Below, piece after piece: positions 1-14,486 of a DNA stretch of 64,000 nt; positions within the stretch are counted from its first letter, which is position 1, and each line of letters opens with the position of its first letter. The translations under genes and the position numbers were made by a program. The notes beneath the pieces are model-generated. The model saw only the letters and a list, made by a program, of their open reading frames with translations. It was not told the origin of the DNA and did no database searches. Source of the stretch: Vermamoeba vermiformis (Eukaryota); assembly GCA_045837725.1 (NCBI GenBank), contig JBEWZL010000013.1, positions 372,001 through 436,000 on the forward strand, read 5' to 3'.

Positions 1-1263
1 AGATGTACTTGCTGTAGTCGAGCATGGTGCTTGTACCGTCCACCAGTGCACCTATAATATCACATAATGTTAACTAAGTGTAAATACAAAATAAATTCTT
101 GAAATTTGGATCTTTCTTTAGAATGATATTGGACAGATTTGTAAAGTACAAATAGGATTATATGAGAGTATATACGATACTTACCCCATACTAAGTGCAT
201 AATACCGCGTTCTCTATTATCGCGCATCCGTTGCATTTTGTACGAGAATTGTTTCCTCGATTGCTCGACGAGATCTTGCATTAAGAGTCGCTTGACGGTG
301 AGTCCCTGCCAGTGCAAGAAGGGCGTATAATAGGTCGTGTAATTGTACATGTAGAGCAGTTGGTAAATGAAGAACAGACTCTCGTAGCAGGCATTGAAGA
401 TCGGCCAAACGACTTTAAATATCGCTAGTAGCACTCTGAATATGACCTATACGTATATGCAAGTGTTACAATACATTTTGTAGCGATTTGGAAGCGTTTT
501 GAAGCGGATGTGATCCGGCAGTACACGCGATCGAAAACTCGATTGAAAGAAGTGCACTTACATTTCTGCGCAAAGGTCTATCTTGATCGCCATCTTGTGG
601 CATGGGTGGCAAGCGAAAGAAGTCAGAATCAACTGGTCCATTGCCGAATTTGTCTTTGTAATAGCGATCGAGCTTGTCTTTCAAATAAGGAACTCCAACC
701 TAGTTAAATAGACCATATAAATTATTACATATTCATAATAGTGCTATTCTCGCATTTGGTTACCAAAAAGAACAAGCTCCACTTCTTGTGAGAAGATTTC
801 AAAGGCAGGGATTTGCCATCTACACTTGTAAGGCATCTCTTAAGGCCATAGAAATTTTCTGAGAATGAACCGTCTATATAAATCAGTAGTTAGCATAAAG
901 TAACTTCGTTTATAACGTTGTAATAATTCTAACGATTTTTTCGGATCGGGAACTGTGATCGTACCGTAATATTTTAAATAATGCTTCTCCATTATAAATA
1001 ATGCTCCATAAAATAGCTCGTCCATATATTTTAAGCACCAGTTCAATATTGGGATACGTTGTGACAAGATCTGAAAATAATTATTAATATTCAATTAGGG
1101 CTATTTTGATAATTAAATAGAAAATAAAATAATTATTAATACATACCGAGAACATATATTTAATAGCAGGCTTTAATGAGGGCATCATTTGAGTTTGAAT
1201 AAACATTTCAAAAAAAGATGGCCTGCTGGCATCCGCAGGGTTGAAATTATACAGAATATTCAT
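1..1263 (-). CDS. PEX12: Peroxin 12 (peroxisomal import RING-complex subunit), multi-exon, 3' end runs off the window
   Basis: Exon 1 (1263-1147) reads MNILYNFNPADASRPSFFEMFIQTQMMPSLKPAIKYMFS. Later exons give DELFYGALFIMEKHYLKYY, FSENFYGLK, PYLKDKLD and YQLLYMYNYTTYYTPFLHWQG, all typical of the Pex12 N-terminal region. Introns are GT-AG. Confidence 0.9.
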
Positions 1264-1636
1264 GGTGTTGTACTATATACAATAATATTATATGTGTGCT
1301 GTTCAACAGCATCAAGTTGAAATGAAAATTTCCTTTTCGGTCATTTTTGACTGTCACGAGACAGATCGAACACGCTTACGTCAGGAGTTGTTATTATATT
1401 ATACTAGTATCATTGGTACGATAACTCATCGCAATTTAAAGCTGCATTCGAGCAGCAAAGAAAAGAACTTGATCTGAATAATTGAAAACTAGCTTGATTT
1501 AACTCCAAAAGCACTCAGGTAATTTTTAAAATAATTTAACATAACCACCATTAAATAGCATATTAATTATAATTACGACAGACCCCGTCAGGATTTTTCT
1601 AATTTTTCACCTTTCAATTCCAGATCCTTCAACGCG

Positions 1637-2672
1637 ATGCTGAGTTCAAATACGATCTATTTAATCAATGGTGGAGTGACACTATTAATACTATTAGGCC
1701 TGCAATATTGGCTCAATAAGAACAGATACAAAAAACGAGCCAGAAAACGAAGTCTGTTTGCCGACACTACAGTGGTGGTAGGCGGTGCTGCAGCGCCACC
1801 AGTAGACTCGATATATACTTGTCCTATTTGTTTGCAAACATTAACTGATGCTTGTGAAGCACTGCCTTGCGGACATACTTATTGCGGTAAGATCCACCAA
1901 ATCCGTTCCAAAACCCCACATAATAATAGTGCAAATAAGATCCTATATTACACATATAATATTATAACTATATGATATTTAAAACGATGTTATAAGCCTT
2001 AAGAAAGGTGTTTTCAACATTGAAATTTCGAGGAATCATGGTAATGTCGTACTAACGCCTCCATTACTAGCCTCGTGTGCCGTCAATCACTGGCACAGCA
2101 CTGGCCAGTCGAATAGAATGCTCTGTCCCGTCGATCAGAAGCGCATTGATTTCTTCGTACCGGACTATACTTTGCGACAGTATTGTACTGCTATCAAGAG
2201 TAGACTAGGCGTAAGATAATGATACTTTAATATAATATTAGAATAGGATACTAATACTCCTTGCGTAGACTCGTAATTTTGGTATGGATCTGAATAACGA
2301 GTACGAATTGGATGCGTACAATACGAAATTCTATAAGCAATCGAGCGATTGGGTAAATAATAGCGCTATATTATAGTATTAATATTAATATAACAAAATA
2401 TATTCCAGTTTGGACTGAATTTCAAGCTGTTAACGCGGTTACACTACGATATCAAATTAGTGGATCTGAAACTCAAACTGTGCTATTATTTGGCGCTAAT
2501 ATCCGTGTTCATATACATACTGATACCATTTGATATCATACCTGAAGGAGAATACGGCCTTTACTTCGTTATCGGCCTCGTAGATGACCTCTTAATTGCA
2601 TTTTTTGTTTTTAATCTGCTGGGCAGTCTGTACAAATATCATATATTGAAAAACGGCTTAGATATGTCTTAA
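1637..2672 (+). CDS. RNF170-like membrane RING E3 ligase (RING plus DUF1232-type C-terminus)
   Basis: N-terminal TM segment; RING CPICLQ...LPCGHTYC|ASC...CPVD split by an intron; C-terminal YILIPFDIIPE...GLVDD motif. Confidence 0.8.
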
Positions 2673-3137
2673 TGTATTCATATACTTGTAAATAAAGTCC
2701 CTTTGTACAATCGAAACGTTCACGGGGACCGGGTCCGGGGACTCAAACCGAGATCTCCAAAAAAATTGCAACTTTTGATGACGTGTATACCTCTAATAAG
2801 GTCGAGAATTACTAATACATTGCTAAGCTATTATCGCTCGTTGGATGTGGATTTGTCGATACAAATTTCTAATAAAGAATCAGAAGATTTGTTATTCATC
2901 AGTACTATCATCACGATGGAGGAGCTAATCATTCCTGTTCATATTGAGGCTCCGATCCGTCGATATTGAAACAAATCTCCGATCAGATCACAGCTTGCTA
3001 ATGGCACCAAGGAATACTCCGCAATTAAGAAAAATTTATTAAAACATCCGCAGCGTTATTAACGCAATTTTATACATGCCAGTGTCATACTTGCCACGCA
3101 TCTCTTACGTTGAGTGACAGTTTTCACTACTGAGCTC

Positions 3138-6100
3138 TTAGATCGAATCTTTTGACTTGGATTTGTCGTCCGCATCTCCATCCGCGTACTCAATCTCTTC
3201 TTCGCCGATAATTTTGCTGAACGTATGTGTCGGCTTATGCGAGACATAATTAGGCGGCGTAGGTACTTTCTTATTATAGCATTCTTCGCACAAATCAAAG
3301 TTGAAGCACGAGTTGCATTTGTAACGGGCACCAATGATAGGTCTAACGCCGCAATTGTCACTAAAACAGCGGTATTAGTCGTGATTCGTGAAAACGACCC
3401 GTAAAACAGCAAGAATATAAATTAAAAGTTTCTCCGGAGTTTGATCCGATCGGAGAGCCTCGCGATACGAATCAAACCGAAAATGAAATTGTGGTATTCA
3501 GTGAACGTACCACTTCACCCAATGATGCGCTCTCTGCGGCTCAAGAATCAGATCTACATCGTGCGACACGTCGTGATTACGCGGCTCTTTTTTGTTGAAG
3601 AAACATTTTTGACCTGGATGCCATCGGTTATTAGTGGTCTTACTATCGTTAATATATGTTAATATACTTACACATATTCAAGTTGATACATTGCAAGCAG
3701 CGGAGTCGCGGTCCGATAATCGGGAAAGTTTCACAACCCGCGCACCGATAGCGATGAACGGAGAAACCTCCAGCGAGTTGTGGGAGCTAAAATTATAGCA
3801 ATCAGTTATTGAATCGATTTCATATTTCTAATGTGTGTATAGATTGTTTTAGGTTTGCGGGATCAAGAAAAAATATACCATTTATGCTTTTGTTAATATT
3901 GCTAATTATATATTAGCTTGGAAATTTACGAGTATAAATTTAGATCGTGCACCAAAACAGCACCGCGTACCTCAAAGCATTCCCATCTGTGTCTATCATC
4001 GTGACTTGAACCCAACTCCTCCGGCACGATTTTCTTGTCATAACACTCTGTGCTACGATTAGAATGACAACTATGACACGGAGTAGTAGCACGGTACCTT
4101 CGCATAGATCGTAATCAGGGCAATCTGCGCAAGAGAATCGAATGCCCCACAAGGGCCGGACTTTGCAGCCGTTACCTACATTGAAATGTGATTAGATTGA
4201 GTCGCGTGGCAGATTTAATCGTCGAGACATGACACTCACATTCGTAGTACTCGTGGAAGGCCATTTCATCGAGCAAGTTACTCAGCTTGAAGTACTCTTG
4301 TTCGTTCAACTTCTCTTCTTTGAAGCACTTGTCGCAGTAGTCCTTGTTCGGAATAGCTCTGTTCTTCCATCTGCACACACGTTAGGAATAGCTTGTAGTT
4401 GAAAATACGAGTGCGAATGCTTGCCTAGTGTGGCCAACACGAATAAACTGCGAGCACTTGTCGCATTGAATCAAGTCGTGGTCCCAGTCATAGTACTCGC
4501 CCAGCTGGTTTCCCAAGGTGAGCCAGCCCTTGCGAATGTTGTGATTTCGACCGAACAACTCGACTTTCCTCGCGCCAGGGAACATTCGTTCGATAATATG
4601 ATACAGCTGTTCTGGCTTCTGCGACTTCTTTCGCGTCTCGGCAAAAATCACGTCGTTGTTGACTTTCGGAATAAACTCCAAAAAGGCACCTGTCGCGGGA
4701 TCTTTCTTGACGCCAATCAGACAAATCTCTGATGAGTGAAGAATATAGAAGCCTTGACTGATGTGCAAGTTGTTGTTGATCGTCTTTTTGATCCAAATAA
4801 TCTACTACCGATTAACAACATGTCCGTGCCCGCTGTAAAGTTAAGACTTACTCTATCTACATAATTATAGCCCCAGCGATTCAAGCACTCGAAGGCGAAT
4901 TGGAATTGAGAGTTGATCGTCCACAAGAAGATAAATCCTCTCTTGGACAGCGAGCCAACATCGAGATCCATAATCTCTTCGTTCGACATGGTGTTGTACT
5001 GCAATGCGAAGTTACTGTTATTGAACATAGTCTTCTCGTCGGAAGTGTGTTGTCCTCCTCGAATACGCCTGCAAAACGCTCATGTAAGAACGAGGATGTT
5101 ACAGCTCTAAAGTGCTCTTCTTACCATGGTGGATCAATGAGAACAACGTCAAAATCACTTCCAAGAGCAGGCAAATGTGTGTACCGGACATCGCAGTTAA
5201 TGTACGTGCCTTCTTTCCACTTCACTTTCTGCCAGTCTGAATCGTCTTCGTACGGATCCACGTACTTTTCGATTGTGGCACGCATCTGATCCAATCCTCT
5301 AATTGCCAAGTCCTCACTAGAAATCAAATATCAGTACAAAAGGCATGGAGTGGGTCGTACTTACGGATAATTCAAGTGCTGTGGCTCTAGCATGTCCAGG
5401 CCAGTCTCCATTTCAGTGTTGAGTTGCGTGTTGACCTTCCTCATGGCCTCACCTTCTTTTTCATTCTCAGGCTCAACATCGTTCTCGTAGTGATTGCTGT
5501 TCTTAGCTGCCCTCTTTAGTGCAATGTTTCTAGCCTTCGGATCCGCCGGTAGTTCTCCAACGCGCCGCCTTTTTCGCTTTGGTTCGTCAACTCCGTCGCC
5601 GTTTGTTTTATTCTGCTGCTCCTCGCTACTCACAGGCTCACCGACATTTGTATTATTGTTATTATTATTGCCGCTGTATTCGTGTCCATTGGTATTGTTT
5701 GTGTTATTCGGTGGATTATCTTCCCCGTTAACTTCTCCGTCAGTTTGTTGCTTCTCTTCCGCTTCTCTGCGCCAGCTTTCGTGCACTACTGTTGCATCTA
5801 CGGGATTAAGCTCTCCGTCTAAGTACATTCGCTCGGGATACATCGTCCAACCTGCTCGAAATTAGCGATCCATCACCTGGATGCAAATTTGTTTCGATAA
5901 ATTTTAAAAATCAGGGTTGGCTCTAATAATAGTAAAATTGGAATTGTTAATATATAGATATTAATATTAGCATATTTGCAAGTCAATCGATCGCAAAATA
6001 AATCAATAAAACAAGAAGTGTTCAGATTTACGTAAAATTAATTAAATATTAAATCAAACAGGCAACCGATGCCCCGATCTCACAAGCAAAAAATATCTTA

Positions 6101-6319
6101 ATACTGACGCTTACCAAGTACTTCGTACGCGTTCTCCGTCGCATCTCCGTCAAGCCGCCGTTTACGTTGTTCTTCAATCAATGCTTGGTCCAACGACGCT
6201 GCAAAAGTTTTCTCGGAATAATAACCAGCGGGCTTGCGAGTATTGCGTGTCGGTCGGTAGGTCTGATCGTCGGGATTCTCCTCATTGTCCGAAGAGGAAT
6301 TGCGCCGTCGCTTGCTCAT
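3138..6319 (-). CDS. MT-A70 family N6-adenine methyltransferase (AMT1/MTA1-clade-like) with C-terminal ZZ zinc fingers
   Basis: FDVVLIDPPW catalytic motif; GFIFLWTIN, WGYNYVDRIIWIK, GFYILHSSEICLIGVK, SQKPEQLY, ELFGRNHNIRKGWLTLGNQL. These are followed by three clear ZZ fingers (e.g. CDNCGVRPIIGARYKCNSCFNFDLCEECY) and one degenerate finger. Stop at 3138-3140. Confidence 0.9.
4371..4424 (-). other. GC-AG intron (donor AG|GCAAGC)
   Basis: Needed to join VGHTR to WKNRAIPNKDYCDKCF in frame. Confidence 0.7.
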
Positions 6320-6682
6320 GGCGCGGAAGACCGAGGAAGTTAGGAGATATTGCGCAGGTATTCAGCAATGTAATATAAATCCTGTCGGCGCTGAACCGAA
6401 GAGAAAACTAAATTATTAATTAGCCGCACGTGATTTCCCATTTTAGCAAACTCGTGCGGGAAACTAATATACGAGGTTGTCGACCAAACCTTTTTCTGTA
6501 TCTTAATTATTGTTTTTTTTTAGCTACCAAAGTCAACCAAAGACAAACAAAATATTTTGATAAGAGCTCGTGTCTAACATCCATCCCCTCGGATACTCCT
6601 GATGCTTATTTTCATCTCTGCAACTGGACCTCAGTTTTGAATCTTATTATTATTTCATTCTTCTTGATTTAAGACACAACTA

Positions 6683-8110
6683 ATGGAACCCAAAAGTGAA
6701 GAAAATGAAAGCAATACAAGTAGCGACGCGGACGATATGGTGGCAGAGCAGGATGACTCTAACCCGATGCCGATCGAGGCGCAAAAACAAGAAGAAGATC
6801 TAAAATCCATCTGGGCAAGGGTAAATAGTTTTAGCAATGAAATTTAACACACCACTTGGATCCAAACTTCTTAGATTAGTTTCATTAAGTAGTTTAACTC
6901 ATCTAAGTGACACCAAAAATTAATCTACTAACCCATCTGCCTAGGTAAAATTACATGGACAGAAATTGACAGCCTTGGGGTCAAATGCGCTCGATAAAAA
7001 AGAGCAGAACTTCACCGAGCTCAGAAAGACTGTCGTAGATTTAATTAAGGACGCCATAAGTCTTGGTATCAAAGATGAAATAGTCAATACTCTGATTGTA
7101 GACGGAGATATCTATGGATCTTTTCAATTTTCAAAAAACAAACGAAGAAGGAAACATGACGGCAAAAAGGTAAAACTTGATTAAAATGCTCTAGATCAAG
7201 CGGCTTTCATCCGGATCTGTATAAGCAATAACGGTTCAACTTCAATAGGACGAAGAGTTGTACTGTCGAATATGCGGTACGAAGGAGACAAGCGAGTGGC
7301 GACGAGGCCAAGATGGCTCCAAGTCGTATCCTTTTATTCTTATGGATTAGCATTTAATGATTCTGAATTGATCGGCATTTATACGTGAACATACGGAAAA
7401 TTTAATTATTAAATTTTTATGGCACCAAGAAATTTTGAACCGTTTTAATACCGCGGATGCAGAGCTGTGGTTAATCATTAAAACGGGCCTATTTTAAGCG
7501 CCCCTAAACGCAACTTTGCAAAGCTATTTAATTAATCCCACTCTAAATATGGATAAAATCTATATAAGTAAATTCAACTGTTTTCGGAGGTAAACTCCGA
7601 TTGTACCAATTTCACCCGTTGTTGTTCCTTCACTCGCACCCTTTTAGGTTGTGTAACGCTTGCGGACTCCACTACTCGAAAATTCTGAAAAAAGAACGCT
7701 CTAACGCATCCAAAGGCGTTGGCCCAATCAAAGTTAACAATCTCTTGAACCCACCATCAGATGATAATAGTGATTCAGACCCGCAACCACCCCCTTTCCA
7801 TCTACCGTCCAATGTGCAGCGCATGGCGTTTCAATCCCCGCAAACACCAACTGTTTACAATTTTCACTCGTACACGCCACTACCAGCATCGAACAACTCC
7901 CCTGTGAATAATAACCCTCAGGTACCCTCGAATCCAATGCCCAACAATTTCAAAATGCACAGAGCAAGCCAACCAACGCGACCAAAACCGCCTCTCGATG
8001 TAAATACAGAGCAAGCCCGCCAAAATCCAATGCATCAACCACAAGCTAACCAGCAAGCACAAAGCGCATCTATTGTCATTCACCCGCCTCTGCAAACATG
8101 GAAACAGTGA
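6683..8110 (+). CDS. GATA zinc-finger transcription factor
   Basis: Spliced exons give CRICGTKETSEWRRGQDGSKS|LCNACGLHYSK (C-x2-C-x18-C-x2-C), followed by a P/N/Q-rich tail. Confidence 0.9.
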
Positions 8111-8351
8111 GGAAAGCGAAAACTCGGCTATTTTAGATACGTCACCCATTTCGGCAGATCGGTTCACGAACGAGTTTACTGGGTATAAGCTTGAGCACAA
8201 TAATAACCGGACAACAACAACTGTATTATATTCTTGATAAATAATAAAGTCGTAAGCGCTACGACTTTAATTACACAACAAAAAAAAAATCGGGGATCTA
8301 CGTGATAAGAATTGCTATTTTTTTATTGTATAATCAGAAATCATAGTCTCG

Positions 8352-10702
8352 CTAATAGTACCTTGGCGCGTTATTATTCGAGCCGTAGTTATTCGTATTA
8401 CTTCCACCACCGGATGGATTTAAATTTTGTTGTGCCATTAGCAGATCGGCAATATGCTGCATCGTGTCTTGTTGCTAACATAAAAAAACACGATTAATAC
8501 ACGATTCGAAAAGCTAATATTGCAATTTTTGCGTGTCCCTTTGGCACATGTAATTGCACGTGTGTTTGGGAAATAGATTTCGGATTATTACCTGCCCTGG
8601 CACATTTTGTTGAGTTTGCAACGGCTGGCTTGGAGTTGCTCCAGCGCCTCCATAGCCTAAATTTAGTCCAGTACCACCACCGCCTTGCAATAGTTGCGCT
8701 AGTTGTGACATTTGCGATAATACCGCGGATTGATCTGTTGGAACTCCGGTTGGATTAGCAAGCCCTGTTAATCCCTGCGACAAAAGAGGATTGCTCAATA
8801 ACGCTAATAATTGTGGATTCAACGTTAGTAACGGATTAGCGAGCGCAGGATTCATGTTCAAAGGGTTGCTCAGATTTAAAGGTGCGCCGACGCCGAGCTG
8901 ACCCAGAGTAGGACCCATATTATCGCGATCCGTTCTGACGGGTCCAGACTTGGTCTCATCCTTCTTCGGTCTACGAAAGATCGATTAGATACAACATTTC
9001 AGATTCTACGCTTAAAAATTTCGAGCGGTAAATTATTTTGAATGGATGACACGCTTACCTCTGGACATGAGCGAATTTAATGTCTAATGAACCTCCTAGT
9101 AGCGGTGCTCCTTGCTGAGTGTCATAAACCTTCTGGCAATCCCTCAAATCCCAAAACTCAACAAACTTCTGGCTGTTTCAACAAGATCTCGTTAGATAAA
9201 TTAAACTAATCGTGAACTGATGCACGACAACATGTACTTCAATAATCATAAATGCGTTTGATAAAGTATATGAAGGGACGTCGGTTTAACTAAAATTAGT
9301 TTGTGTTGATTTTTGATGTGTTCACGAACGGATCATTTGCACCGGTCATCGCAGGAAGGTTATTCCGAATTTGAACTAAATATAGCGCAATTTGCTTACG
9401 TTGGACTATTTCGGCAGTCACGCACTTCGCGGACGTCTCCCAGCCCTTCAAAAAACTTGCGAACTTCAGTGTTTCCAATTGGTTGTGTCGCGTTACGTAT
9501 GGTGATAAATAAAGTTCCCTAAATTTACTATATTTAGTATAGTGGACTGGCTATTCGGTCCAGTAGTCAACAGCTAATCAACAGCGATCTCAACTCCCTT
9601 TTTGAGTACTTACGTTGTTAGGGTCCTCGTCTTGGTCCTTATCTTCGTCTTTCGGCAGCGAGTAATGAATATCAATCTTAAATTAATTAATGCCATTAGC
9701 TTCGGTTCCCAATAAACAGCAATAAAGAGCCGATAAATGCGATTTTAAATTCGTGGATTGACAGTAAATTAGAATTTGCTATATAAGTCGATTTAATATA
9801 TATTAAATGCTCTATTAATAAACTGGAGTACTCACCGAACGCCCGTTCACTTTGTAGTCCTGCAACTCTCGCTTAGCTTTGTCAGCGTGCCTCAGATCGT
9901 ACTAAATCAAACGAAAAAACATAAGGTTGGTTAATATGCTTAATAAGATAACAAAAAGGATTTCATAAAACAAAAATTTGGCTTCAGAAAATTGGCGTTT
10001 CAGATTCGCTCGAGCTCATTTAATTCAATCAAATTTTTAATGAGGAGTATTGTATCATAACCATCTCTAATATCCACTCGCAACTTAAGGTCTTATATGG
10101 ATAAGAAGCTTATTGATTCAAAGTGAAAAGGATTGGATTTGATCGATAGTCAGAAAAATGTGAGTCCAGCTCGATTATTGCTTTAATTTTGCTCAAAATG
10201 GCTATGTTCTAAATTAAAAGGATTCAGTCTCATTTACTCACGTAAGTGATGAAAGCCATGCCTCGCTTGGAGATTAGGTTAAAGAACTTCTTAATCTTTC
10301 CGTATTTTGCAAACATTTGCTCAATATCATCTGGGCTGTAATCATAAGATATATTTCTCACGAATAAAGTTCGAGTTGGTTTTTCTTTGGCGGGTGGCTC
10401 AGATTTCTCGTTGTGGCGGCTTGGATAAGGGTCGTAGCGTGGAGGACCTGCAAGAAAAAAATCGTAAATTTACAGACTCACGTAATTCATGCTATTGGCG
10501 CGTGAAGGTCACTCCGTTGCAGCGTCATAAATTATTTCATTTTTTTTCAATTCATTAAATCTAACGTTATCTTTTCATTTTCTCGCTCTCATTACAGTAT
10601 AAATGATTTAAAAATAATTAATATCGAATGCTCACCTCTGTCAGACCCCCCGCGACCGGAGTATCCGCCTCGCGCGTATGGATGATCTCTTTGTCTGCTC
10701 AT
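8352..10702 (-). CDS. Two-RRM RNA-binding protein, Mei2-like RRM1/RRM2, with low-complexity tail
   Basis: RTLFVRNISY...RGMAFITY|YDLRHA and GTLFITIRN...QKFVEFWDLRD; RGG-type N-terminus; L/N/P/Q-rich C-terminus; stop at 8352. Confidence 0.8.
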
Positions 10703-11433
10703 TCTATCTAATCTAATACACTGTCTCTTGATATATAATAATACTAATGATATCTACAAATAATAAATAAGACTGCTGTTGTTGTGCTGCCTCGCTCGCT
10801 CGTGCAATTTATGTCGTGTAAAACTCCAAGAAAAAGCACGCCTTCCAAAACCGAAAAGAGTGGCTACATCGATGCATTTAATGAATTAAGTACGTGTACA
10901 TGTAATAGGCAGGTAAATTGAATTGTGTTAAAACCTAGCGATTGATGCCTGTAACCACTCATACTATCTCTGCGTGCTCTACCTATCTCGATTTTCCACG
11001 ATTCATTTCAATTTTACCAATGTTGTGGCTCAACATTAACTTCTCTTCCTCAGAATGACACTTTGATTGCCGCAGTTTTAAAACTTATTCGCCGTTAATT
11101 AACGCAGCTCCCGCTCGAGATTGAACTCATATATCCTCCAGATATTCTAGTCCTTACATGTACTTTCGTCATCGTAGAAATCGGCTTCATCCACAATCGC
11201 TACCATTGGAGAGATTCGAATCTGGTCTTGATTTTTATACCCCGTTTCAATTTCGAGCTGAAAGCTTTGAAACGTGTTCTTTTATCCTCAATATGAGTAT
11301 GACACTGATTTTCTATTCTTTATCTCGCTAAGATCATCGTCTAACGGTCAAATTGTGATATGGTTCCGATTAAATTTAATTTGTTTATCGAACGTTGTGA
11401 CAAACAACAACTCGCTGTAGTACCTTATATTTA

Positions 11434-14400
11434 ATGGAGTTCTTCAGCGACGAGGGCCGTCGGTCGTTGGATGAAACGAGCAAGAAACCTGCTCCTTTGA
11501 ACATCAAGAAAGCTCGATCAGAAGTCGCCAGTGTTTCAGCAGCGTGGGAGACAAATTCAAATCGTAGCGATATAGACGATATTAGTTTACCAACAGATGT
11601 CGAAGAATTATTAAGATTAAAGCGACAGTCATCAAAAGGCTCTTTGAGTGCTTTATCTGCTCGAGATACACCTAGCGCTTCTCCTCGTTCCACAACGAGT
11701 GATGTATCTAGCTTTACAGCATTAAGTCAATCAACGAACGGCACAAGGTACTAGATATTTTACAGCATAGGGCTGAACTCGAAGAGATTCAAAAATTATT
11801 AACGGTTATTTTTTACTTTGATCCAAAGACTAGCTCGAAATATTGCATCATTTAAATGCATAATTCGAAGCAGCATTAATAATTATTAACCTGTAATTTA
11901 CGTTCCCGTTTCGAATCTTACGAATTTATTTTCTAGGCTCAAAAATGCTATGGGCAAGAAAGAACGCATCGTATATATGAAAAAAGGCGATACTTGCTTA
12001 ATTATAGCGGGAACACTGCACAAATTAATTTCATTGCTCGCAGATGAGAATGTTCAAGGTAACCAAATTTTTAATCGTAAATTTCCTAACCACCTGTCGA
12101 TACCCTTTATATAGTAATATCATTAGTCTATATTGCCATATATAATACCTAACATTATGGCATATTATTGCTTCAAAATTGCAATGTTGTCACGATCGAT
12201 GATCTTGCCGACTTCTCAATATTAATTTAAGATCTTACTAAACACTCACTATGCAAGCGAATCATATTATATTCAATACGATATTAACCTCATTTTGTAA
12301 ACACAGATCCGGAGTACCTTGACGTTTTCCTTCAAACTCACTCGCGCTTCATGTCCTCGGCGACCTTATTCACCAAATTAGCGCACAGATTCAAAAAATA
12401 TCAAAAGGCTAACTCTAAAGTCAAAAACCCGCAAGCAGTTCAAATTCGGTAAATAGTCAATTAAATATTAAATTATTTACCTACCGCTAACTTATAATTC
12501 AATTTTAATATAATAACACGTTATTAATCGATAGTAATATTATATATTACCTATGTTGATAATAATCGCTATTTACCTCTAGATTAATCAACGTAATGAA
12601 AAAATGGGTGCGCACAAACCCGACAGATTTTACAAATGACAAGCTGCGCAGAGTATTCGATGATTTTTTAGATTATTTGAGGACCCTAGACGATGATAAG
12701 GGCGCACAATACGCTCGATTTTTGACACAGTCACTCGAAGGAGCTCTTCAAGAACAGGTACGTGCAAGAGACGATTCTAAATATTATATCTACCTTAAGA
12801 TTGAAATAATACTGGCACGAGAAGTATACCGAGATTAAGACTCGTGTCACTTGCTGAAACGAGGCAACGCACGTGCATCAATTGCACGCGTGTTAATAAT
12901 TATTGTCGTTGAAAGTTACTGCCAACAATCTTATCGCTTTAAACGCGTAGGCGTCGGATAAGATTGAATTAATTTAAGCAACAGCCTACACATTTATATA
13001 CAACTCAATTAATGACTCCTTGATCGATTTTATACAATGATGTCTAACGGTACCTTTAGAGCGAGGGTGTGGAAGAAGACCTGACTTTAGCGCCCAAGCC
13101 CGTCATCCCCAAGCTCGCCAGTGCCAAGCTATTGACGGTGCTCGACATTGACTTGGCTGAATTGGCACGACAAATGACCCTGATCGATTACAAGATGTTC
13201 CGCGAGATTGTGCCCTCGACATTGCAGAAAGGTGTCGAGAAGAAGGAAGAAGTGCCATTCATTAAGGCCATCAAGGACAGAGCTAACCTCATCACTAAAT
13301 GGGTTACTAGCGAGATTGTCTCGTGCAGCAACCTCAAGAAGAGATCCGCACTCTTGACTAATTTCATCATTTTGATTTTCGTAAGTATTCATGGATTAAC
13401 CATTCTTACCATATTGCCGTATTTTTACCCTATTGGTTGACTCGTAGTTTAACCAAAAATCCATACGGTTCAAGATCGGTCCTTGGACGATCTGGATTAC
13501 AAACTAATTATTTCTTTTGCATTTGATAATCAAAAATATTAACAATATTATTTTAGCGATTGTTGGAGGTCAATAACTTCCACTCAGCCTTGAACGTTTA
13601 CTTGGGTATCGGTTCACATCCAGTACAATCCCAGACTGATACTTGGAAGTCTTTGAGCGCCAAGACAGTCGAGCGATGGAAGTCTCTAGCGCTGATCATG
13701 TCTCCTATTGGCAACTTCTCCAAGCTACGAACACAAATTGCTAGTTGCAAACCTCCTCTTCTGATCCCGTTGTGTAAGTCATACGATCCAGTTTACTTTC
13801 ATGGTCCCCGCTCATTTTGCTGTGAGCTATTAACCACAGTAGTGGCATATTTACATAGTAGCAATTATTAATTTATTTCGCTTGGCGCCACTACACGTGG
13901 GCCGGACAATTTAAAATCTAAATTTAGAAATGTTTCTCTGAATCAACCTTAAGGAGAATCTATCTCCCGATATTAATTTTATCCGATTTACAGCTATTCT
14001 CTTCCACGACATGTTGTTGAACGAAGAAGAACATGATTACTACCGCGACGAATCCAGCGAGTGGGAAGGGTCAGAACTGATTAACTTCGAAAAGTTTAGG
14101 CGTCTGCGGGTAAGTGATAATAATAGCACCTTCATAATATATCCTCCTGTTCTTACTTTACGTAAAAGTTGCATTGCCTTTTATAGCAATTACCTTAAAA
14201 GGAATTTTACACTGAACGCGAAAAGACCGGAGATAAACTAATTTATGCTTCGTAATAGGACATTCTGCAAGATTTGAATCGATGCCAAGCCAAGCCATTC
14301 AACTACTTCAAAGTGGATATCATCCACGACTACCTTATTAACTATATTAAGTGTTTGTCGGATGATGAACTGGAGGCCATTACGGATGATCGACCTGAGA

Positions 14401-14486
14401 AAGGAGAAACTAAGAAGAAGAGCTCGCGCAAGTTCTTAAGTATCAATATGAGCCGATCTCGCGACAGATCTCCAACCTTCTCGTAA
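11434..14486 (+). CDS. Ras guanine-nucleotide exchange factor (REM + CDC25 domains)
   Basis: AGTLHKLISLL, DPEYLDVFLQTHSRF, INVMKKWV...DF (REM); ELARQMTLIDYKMF, WVTSEI, NNFHS, GNFSKLR, LINFEK (CDC25). Confidence 0.92.

Noticed and set aside
2698-2765. B-box-like GGTTTGAGTCC on the - strand with GC-rich flanks
   Set aside because: No cloverleaf or A box could be built; at most a tRNA/SINE relic.
2703-3060. Short ORF 2703-2969 between RNF170-like and the methyltransferase
   Set aside because: Non-ATG start, no recognisable motif or splice structure.
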